Source of the DNA: Catajapyx aquilonaris
Lineage: Eukaryota
Reading direction: 5' to 3'
Length of the DNA: 60,968 bases
Assembly (NCBI GenBank): GCA_000934665.2
Contig: KZ538572.1
Location: forward strand, 1-60,968
A program made the position numbers and the translations under genes. Below the pieces are notes generated by a model. The model worked only from the letters and a program-made list of their open reading frames with translations. It did no database searches and was not told where the DNA came from. Shown here piece by piece: positions 50,185 to 60,968 of the stretch (position 1 is its first letter; the number at the start of each line of letters is the position of its first letter).

Positions 50185-53100
50185 ATGAAATCGGGCGGGG
50201 GAATCGGTGTTCCGCTGGTAGTGTCGAAGCAGGCCGCCATGGCCGGGGGCGACCGACACCTGCCCGCTGTACCTAGCAACACGGCCTCGGCACAGGCGTC
50301 GCCCGGGACCACCACCACCTCCTCCTCGTCGGTGGTGGCCGCCATGCACGACTACATCTCCTGCGACATCAAGGCAGCCACGCAGGGGGACGCGGACAAG
50401 CTCCTGCCCCTGCACGACTTTGACCACATGTACGCCAGCATGGAGGAGACCAAGGACATGGTCGCCCAGGTGGCCCAGGGGCCGCCCTCTCCACAGGCCA
50501 TCCTGCCCAACAATGTTATCATACTCAACAACAGCGGTGGGAGCCTGTCCAGCGGAGGGGACTCGGGGGGACCTGGGAGCCCTATAGTGGAGGTGTCTGG
50601 ATCCACCGGGTCTGGGGCATCCACCGAGGTGCATTACCTGAAGGAGCTGCTGCTGTTGCACTTGGACTTGATTCAGCAGCAGTCGGAGCAGCTTGTGGCC
50701 AAAGACAGGAGGGTTGCCACTCTGCAGCAGGAGAACGACAATGTGAGTGTCGTGGGGGTTTTGTGCAATGCCAATGTGCCAAGAGTGAGCAGTGGCAGTC
50801 GTGCACATTCGATCAGTGATTTAGTGTTCACCTGTGCAGTGGCCTGTGAATCCATGATGTGAAGCGTGCTGCAAGGCAGTAAGATTAATGACCAACCAGA
50901 AGTGCTGGCGTCTTGCAAAATTAACAAAAGCATTATCACGTAAATGCAGAAAGCACAAAATTCAAAACCATGGCAGGAATGTTATTTAAATTTGCTTGCT
51001 AATATCCACTGCACACCTGAATCACCACCTGTCGTCATAATCGGTAGAAGTAAATCATGCAGTCAGTGATACGATGGGATTTATTTGCCATGGATCAGGT
51101 GTTATTGCTATCTCGATGGTTAGATCTTAGCACTTGGACATGTAGAGCAAGCCAAGCAAAACTGCAGCCTCAGTATTAGTGTCGTTGGCATATAAAATTT
51201 GGCACGATGTCATGTTGTGAAATGCAGACTGTTTCCCTGGTTCATGACCCTAGTTATATAAACCGTGATTTTTTTAACCAGTCACATTGCTTTCCCCCCC
51301 ATCATATTATCCGCGTGCGAAACTAGAGCCACACGTCAATAAGTTCGGATATGAAATTGTTTGAGAGCAAAGATGTGAAAGTTGTCTGATGGATCAGGAT
51401 TAACTGAACGTCGTCGTAAGTGGGGTTTTCTCCGCATTATTGCGCCGGACGCGAGTGAAAAAGGCAGTGGAAAGGCAGGTATGACCCGCTGCACATGGTA
51501 ACCATGTTTCTTTTGTGATGTGAGCTTGGAAGTAAGTGCACGTGCCTGGTGCTGACGTATTTCCAAGCTCTGCTGGTTGCCAGGTGCAAGCAGGCCAGTT
51601 GCTTGCCAGCTGATTGCTTGTTATTTACGGTCATGTGGGACATGGATACTCGTAAATTCGAAAAATAAGTGGTGCAGTACCATTTAGCGATAAATTATTC
51701 CGAGTGAGCAGGCTTGTTGGAATCGCGACCGTTTTGATTTGACACCTGGCCACCCTGGGGGAGTCAAATGGCGCGTGTGTGAGAGGAGGGGAAAAAAATC
51801 GAACGTTGCAGTTCCAGTTAGTGAGAATGGCCAAGGGACGTAATCCGTTGGTTTTGGGCCGCCAACTGAGGCCCAGGAAACCCTGTGGAATGGCCTCTGA
51901 TGCTGTGAGATACCTGTCATTTCTTTTTGGGGGTTGCACCAATACCGCGGGCAGTGTCGGTCATGTTCGGCCTATGGATGGGCTAAGAATACTAAGGTCA
52001 CTCCCCCTCTTGTTGCCTTTGGGGGCTGATGGGGTGGTAATGAGGCAGGTGGCTGCGACAGAGCTTTCCTTCAGGGGCGAGACCTGTGGCGACCCTACTG
52101 GGATCCTCTGAACTTACGTAGAAGAGGAGCTCGCAAACTTTTTTTGTCGCGTTACTCCTTTTCAAATATGCCAAGACAGTTTGTACCCATACTCCGACCT
52201 ATTACATGGAAATAGTAATTGCGGGCACTTACCAGTTAGTGTGATGGGCAAGTTTTCTTTCTTTCACACAAATATTCAGTACAAGTGATGTCAGTTTAAG
52301 CCTGAGATCTTTCTCGACACAGAGTCGATGATCAAATTTTGGTTTCATCGACGTTAATGCCGAAAATGCTTCACATAAAGATGGTATTAAATACTTCAGA
52401 GCACAGGTTGCTCGATTGGATAGTCTTCAATTTTTTAGCAAAAAAAAAAAAATCACGTTTTGGCACAGATTCAGACAAACTTCAATTCGTGGAAATTTCG
52501 ATGATCATTTCCGATCCAGCATTGATATGTGCAAAAGTGGTCAAAAATCTCAAATGGATTTCTGATCCAATTGATTGACGTGTCCAATTGTCCATCTCGG
52601 GAAAATTATATCTAAACTGTTGCGCCAGTTGATTCGTGTGATCCAATACTGGTATGTTGGCATTGAACACTGTCTTCCATTGGCCCCTCTACACTTGCTT
52701 CAATATTTGACATTTTTGTTGCTTCTTGAATTTCAATGGGGATGCTGAATGAAAACAGCATCAGTCACATTCCTCTGCTGTGTATGATAAAGGTTCACTA
52801 AAATAATAATAGGAATAAGGAATGTTAATGAGCAGGACTATTTTTTGTGTTTTTCTCAGAAATGGGTTGAAATTGGTTCATAGCACTTAGGCCCTTTTCA
52901 TAGCAACTGATTTGATACTTTTCCTAGCAGCCACACAGTGGCGTAGCGAGGGTTAGGAGCGCCCGGGGCGGATCTAAAATTTGCCGCCCCTACAATTACC
53001 ATTTAATTTTATTATAGGCCTGCACATGTGAAATTACAGATCCTGATAGTTACGTACCTGATAAAAAATTAAGTACTTCACACAAAAATGGACATAATGT

Positions 53101-54191
53101 AGTTCTTAAAAGCTGTTCTGCTTCCATTTCAGCTGAAGCAGCGCCTGGAGCGAATGGACCGTCGTGTTGCTTTGCAAAAGGCACGTGACACAAGTGAACC
53201 TATGGGTGGGCTTAATGTAGCTGCACCTGTGGTTCCCAGTAGTGTTGCTGCTGGGAGTTCATCGTCGTCATCTTCATCCTCTTCACTCTTCTCATCTGCC
53301 ACTGGTGGTGCTGAACCTGCCTTGGCATTGCTGAATCCCCCTGACACAAGCAATGGCATGGTGACAGTCAAGATGGAGGATGTTTCTGGTGAAGCCAATG
53401 TAGAAGCGATGGCAACAGTGATGATCAAACAGGAGGATATGTCACCTGCTGAGGAAGAAGAACCTGTAGATGTGCGGTATGGGAAGCGACGGCGCACATC
53501 TGAACCTAACTTAGACGTCGCAAAGCGCCGTCGATCTCTCTCATCCTCATCAGGGGGCGTAGTTAACAAGAGGAGGCCACAGGCCAAGCAACCAGTGCGA
53601 GTTCGACGGGGACGTGTTGTGCGTCATGCAAAACATGCAAGCGTTCTTGTGACCTCTCAACTATACTACAGTCCAGTTGGTGAAGAGCCACCCGATGCAA
53701 CACTTGACACCTCTCGTGTCACCGGTGATTTAGAAGTACCAAGATGGCGTGTTAAATCGTACACCAGTGCCTACTCCATGGAAGGCACTGAGAATCTCGA
53801 TGACGAGGTATTTGCAAAGCGACACCAGAAGTTGGAGACAGATGAGAAGCGGCGAAAGCGATGGGACATACAGCGGATCAGAGAGCAGAGGCAGTATGAA
53901 CGCCTCCGGCAAAGATATGGAGCTAACGCTGATGCCTCAGATGGTGGTGCCAACTCCAAAGGCACCACTGGGACCAAGGGCACAAGAGGAGGGAGTGATG
54001 ATGCTTCAGGGGCCTCCAACAGCTTTTGGCCTGATCCAGATGATGTGCTTTATATACACGTTGGAGAGACAATTCCAGTGGCTATATTTGGTCATCCACT
54101 GCCCCGCTTGTCAAAGGCTGCGTTTGGGCTACCCTGGACACATTCGGCAGCACGTGCTGGTGCCATTAGCAGAAAAAAGACCCGAAAGTAG
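50185..54191 (+). CDS. MSL1: Male-specific lethal 1 homolog (MSL complex scaffold), about 538 aa
   Basis: Exons 50185-50742 and 53133-54191. Coiled coil LKELLLLHLDLIQQQSEQL...LKQRLERMDRRV spans the intron; PEHE domain LEVPRWR...ENLDDEVFAKRHQKLETDEKRRKRWDIQRIRE. Confidence 0.93.
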
Positions 54192-54970
54192 CTTCAGGAC
54201 AACCCAAGAAATTGCTAAAGACCTGTTTTTACATTTGTTGGAATGCATTAATGTGTCAAGAAGTGCTTTGACAGGAAACATCGTATTAGATAATTGAACT
54301 GGCATGATCTCAAGAGTAACAATCACTACTACATTCTAAGCTGTTTCTAAGGAGAGCTATGGCTATTGCTATATCATGCAGCATTTAAAGAGCCAATCTG
54401 AAATTTGCCTTTTTGTTATTTCTCGCTCTGTACTTCTTGTCCTGGGTTGCATTCTACCAGAGGTGGAAACCGGCCTTTACCAAGTGTTTATTTCTCGTGT
54501 TGGTGTTTTCCACCTGTGATGGCAGAAGGCTTATTTTTGGTTAGCTTGCCCAGAACTCCTAGCAGTTGGAGAAAGACAACAGTTGCCCTTGATAACTGTA
54601 GGGTGCAAGTGTGAGTGAAGAAGTGTGTGTCTGGTTGTGTGCAGTTTCACTTGAAAAGGTAGCCCATCTTTGAGTGTGTGTCCTTTGTTTCAATCAAATG
54701 TTAAGTCTGATGTGGGCCGAAAATCCTACTGGTTAAGAAAAATAATGGCATAAAAATAGATTGTGACTTATTACAGTAACAATGGTGGGCCACTTTCCAT
54801 GCAAGCATAATAAATATGTAAACAGAGCATTCTGTCTCGTTAGTTATCACTGCCTGGGTCAGCCCCCGGGCACTCCCCTTATCATCAGATCTCATCGCCT
54901 GACGGGGCATTTTGCGGGAGGTGCGCACTTGAGAGCGCCTTTCCGAAACTATACACATACGTGGCGACCC

Positions 54971-55114
54971 TACTGGGCAGGGCTGAACTTAGGAAGAAGG
55001 GAAGCGTCTGTCAAAATTAAGAATCTCATATGATCACACGCATGATCATATGAGTATGAGATTCTTAATTTTGACCGACACTTCCCTTCTTCCTAAGGTC
55101 AGTGCTGTCCAGTA
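54971..55114. repeat. Long inverted repeat / foldback MITE
   Basis: 60-nt arms 54971-55030 and 55055-55114, 54/60 complementary. Confidence 0.85.
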
Positions 55115-55904
55115 GTCTGAGTATTCTAAGGCCATGGCCTGGGTACAATTATTTGGTTCATACCAGTACAGTACTAGTCATTTTAAAAAATATATACATT
55201 GCATTTCAGTGTAGAACCTCTTGAGTTGGCAGAAGCAGTTTGTTCAAGATATGAATATAAAAAGGATCTTTCAGTCTTTGCTTCTATGAGCATGTTTTGA
55301 AACCCCTGGTACAAGCACTTGAAACAAAATACAAAATAATTATTCAATGCCTTCATTGGAATGGCTGCTACAGGTGGGACTAACTGTAATCTCTAATGAT
55401 CATAGAGAGGAAGAGGCTTGGTACGAGTGGAGAGCTAGGTAGTGAACTAGGTATAACTAGGCCATTAGCAAATTTTACAAACAATTACAATATTACAATT
55501 TGCACTTCTTTTTTTTTTGCCTAGAGAATAAAGTAAAAAATATACATACAGGGACTTGGTAGAAGCAAGTTTTAGAGTACAACCAGTGGTGGAACCAGGG
55601 CATGGTCAGATAACAAAAAAGGTATGATAATCCGAAGAGCAAAGGAAACTTTAATGAACACAACAAAAAACATAAAAGCATGAAATAATGTACAATATCA
55701 TGGTTTTCTATGAAATAATTAAGTACAGTTGGTATTTATCTTCTACATACACTATTTAAAATTCAACTAAGGCAATACAAATCAAATGCTCAGAAGGCCT
55801 ACATTACAGCACTTGATGAGAAAACATTGATTTATTGCTGGAGTGGGACAGTAGGATAAAGTGAGGTGTCGGATAATTGGGGTTCTACTGTATAGGCAAA
55901 CAAC

Positions 55905-56215
55905 GGAAGGAGGTTGGTGTAGTGGATAATTATGGAGTCCGCCTACTAATTGGGAGGTCCTGGGTTCGAATCCCAGGGTCGGAGACTCTGACCGTGGTTT
56001 TCTGTGGTTTTCCACGGTCTTCCTAGGATGATTCCGGGGTCACTTCCATATAATAGCCCACAGCCACTTCCTTCCTTCCCTATCCTTGGAGGTTGAAAAG
56101 GCAAAACCAGGCCAACCTCCCTAATATCAATTATAAAGTATGTATAGCCAAACAGCCATGGTTTGAGTGTGCTGTGAGGCCCCTTCCCCCCGACGAGGAC
56201 TTCCCCCAAAATTAT
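55905..56215 (+). mobile_element. tRNA-derived SINE
   Basis: A box TGGTGTAGTGG 55915-55925 and B box GGTTCGAATCC 55963-55973, followed by a GTGGTTTTCTGTGGTTTTCC...CCACAGCCACTTCCTTCC body resembling arthropod SINEs; does not close a tRNA acceptor stem. Confidence 0.8.
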
Positions 56216-56307
56216 GCCTAACTGCAGTAATTGTAATCTGGTTCTGATAAAATATGCGAGCAAAGAGAAATTGAAACAGCCTTTTCCATGTTGACGACTG
56301 AAATGAA

Positions 56308-56511
56308 GGTGCGTTTACATGTGAGCGATTTGATTTTCGTTGATGTCATCGCCGAGTGGTGCATCGCTGAGTAACCAGAATAACCAATATTGTTTGAGGT
56401 GAAAGTAACAATCTATATTCGCCTCAAACAATACTGGTTAACCGGATTACTCAGCGATACACCTCTCAGCAATGACATCGCATGATCAGATCGCTCACAT
56501 GTAAATGCACC
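56308..56511. mobile_element. Foldback MITE (PIF/Harbinger-like termini)
   Basis: GGTGCGTTTACATGTGAGCGAT...ATCGCTCACATGTAAATGCACC with complementary arms over about 90 nt. Confidence 0.8.
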
Positions 56512-56844
56512 CATCCTAGTCATATGCATTTTAAGTTGTACACACAATGTAGGAGAGAATGTTCGGCATATGTGACGACACATTGGGCTGAGAGGCAGCT
56601 ATAGTGACCAAATGAAGCCAGAGAATCAGAGTTGCACAATTAGCTGAGCTGCTAGATTGCTAGATGATGGTGACTGTAAGATTGGACAAGAAATCTGACA
56701 ATTTAAACATGGAAGCAGTAAATTATAACAAGAATCTTTATTCCCACCTGGTACATAACAAAGCCCCCAATGAAACAAGCACCAAGCAATTGGGGCACAT
56801 AATAATTCAGTCCCTCAACATTACAGACCCATCAATAATTGGAC

Positions 56845-59428
<2,584 letters not shown>

Positions 59429-60622
59429 TTTCACTGATCTTCCCGATGCACCATCCTTCTCACTACTGCTTATTGGGATGGAACTGATGGGTATCCGCTG
59501 GGGCGTACACTTCTACCGTTCCTGCATCAGCCAGTGACATTTTTGTTCGGCTTTCGTGCTTTTTCTGGCTGGGGGTCATTGATGCCGCTGTGGGGAGGTA
59601 TTTGGGTCAAGGATGCCCATTTCGGCTGATCTCTTCGCAGATTCGGAAATAATGATGTGTGACATGTAACGTGGGTAAGGGTGGAGCTGGTCAGAAGAGT
59701 TGCTCCAAATTGGTGGAAGTCTTTGAGGTGTGAAAAGTGCAATTATATCTTAATAGAGCAGTGCAGTTGTACACATACATCACTTGCATCTGTACCTAGT
59801 GCAATTTTTCACATACGAGTATATACTCATTCTTTATACCGCTTGGTTGTAATAATAGTGAAGCTGAGTGAAGCTTACATTATTACAAATTATTTTTTTC
59901 CTAAACCAAAATTATCTCAATGTAGGACTCTATACAGAGTGGTTTTGAATGTGTCTCACCTATGACCACCTAGCTTCATAATACAGCCTGCAAGTACACC
60001 TCATAATTTAGCAGTACCGGTACAACACTAATGAAAAATTGCATAATTATTTGAGCACATCCCACAGCTGGAGTTGTCACTCATAATCCTAGTGGGCCAT
60101 GGACTATACTTTCAACTGCTGCTCTTTAGGATGGTGCAATGATCAAGTCCACAATTATTAAGGAGAGAGGTAGCACTGTGTTTATCACAGTAATTAATTT
60201 AGAGAATGGCAACCTGTTGGGAGCAACTGATGGCCATATGGGCCACATTCACCTCTCATGAAGCTGGTTGATAGAGTGAACAATCCACATATTCTACCCC
60301 TACCCCTAATCTCCACTGCTGAAGTGGTATCTCAGGAGTGCACCACTTTATTGTACGGACACATTAGGACAAGTGCATGGAGAGTTTTAAATCTGGCAAT
60401 ACCACATGATGATTGAGGATGACCATCTAATAGTTACAGTGCATTCAGCTGGGCAGAAGAAAGTAACGGACATGACAATGACTGTCAACAATATCAACAT
60501 TATATAATAACAACTAATGAAAGGCTCGTGACAAAAAGTGTTACTCTCTGGCGGAATGCACTTCACAAGAAGGTCATGATGCAATCTGCATGCCATGGAG
60601 GCATATTTGGTGCTCTACAGTA

Positions 60623-60927
60623 CAGGGTGTTCCAGAGTTGACGACTCACTCTTTGAAACGCAATTACTTTCGAACGGAATAACATATTTATTCAATGTAC
60701 GTACCAAAACATCAAGGAAATACTAACTTAAGACCTGTTCTCCATGGTATGGTCAACCACCCCCCTTCCACGTCGATGCAGGCCTGCAATCGCAAGGCGA
60801 CGTTGTCGCACACCTTCCGACAGAAGTCAACAGTGATCGCGTTGAACTCCTGTGTGATTATGTCACGCAGATGCTCCAGGGAGCCGATTCGATGGTGGTA
60901 AACCTTTTCCTTCAGATAACCCCACAG
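60623..60927 (-). mobile_element. Tc1/mariner-superfamily transposon remnant (transposase C-terminus plus terminal repeat)
   Basis: Minus frame LWGYLKEKVYHHRIGSLEHLRDIITQEFNAITVDFCRKVCDNVALRLQACIDVEGG (about 60927-60760); terminus TA/CAGGGTGTT at 60621-60631; the expected SPDLNP motif upstream is absent, so truncated. Confidence 0.8.
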
Positions 60928-60968
60928 CGTCAGACTGATTTTGCTTTTGCTGGAGAACTTTCCAGTGC

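Noticed and set aside
52086..54977. 17-nt identity GTGGCGACCCTACTGGG at 52086 and 54961
   Set aside because: Resembles an hAT-like terminal sequence (TAGGGTCGCCA); best explained as transposon ends
55905..55980. tRNA gene
   Set aside because: A and B boxes are present, but there is no proper cloverleaf and it continues into a SINE body

Overview
Eukaryotic genomic DNA from a draft assembly (N gap at 41190-41206), most likely a non-dipteran arthropod or hexapod. It holds six spliced protein-coding genes, reconstructed here from GT-AG sites and reading-frame continuity. (1) A mind-meld/UNC-71-type non-catalytic ADAM (+, 3787-19353; signal-peptide exon not found, probably upstream of the window). 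(2) Inositol hexakisphosphate kinase (+, 25955-28716). (3) Ral GTPase (-, 31670-33934). (4) Mediator subunit MED1 (+, 37964-49262). (5) MSL1 (+, 50185-54191). (6) A divergent cytoplasmic-type actin (-, 56845-59135). Introns and intergenic DNA carry a non-autonomous Helitron with a nested TIR element, several MITEs, a tRNA-derived SINE and a Tc1/mariner-superfamily remnant. The most striking signal is in the ADAM gene: two duplicated, frame-incompatible transmembrane exons (14995-15097, 16001-16100), one with a lysine in mid-membrane. They are flanked by two crossing long-range complementary RNA pairings. One would bury exon A's 3' splice site; the other resembles a docking-site/selector pair next to an Rbfox motif. 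Together they suggest an RNA-structure-controlled switch of transmembrane domain. All structures and isoforms are inferred by eye and untested.
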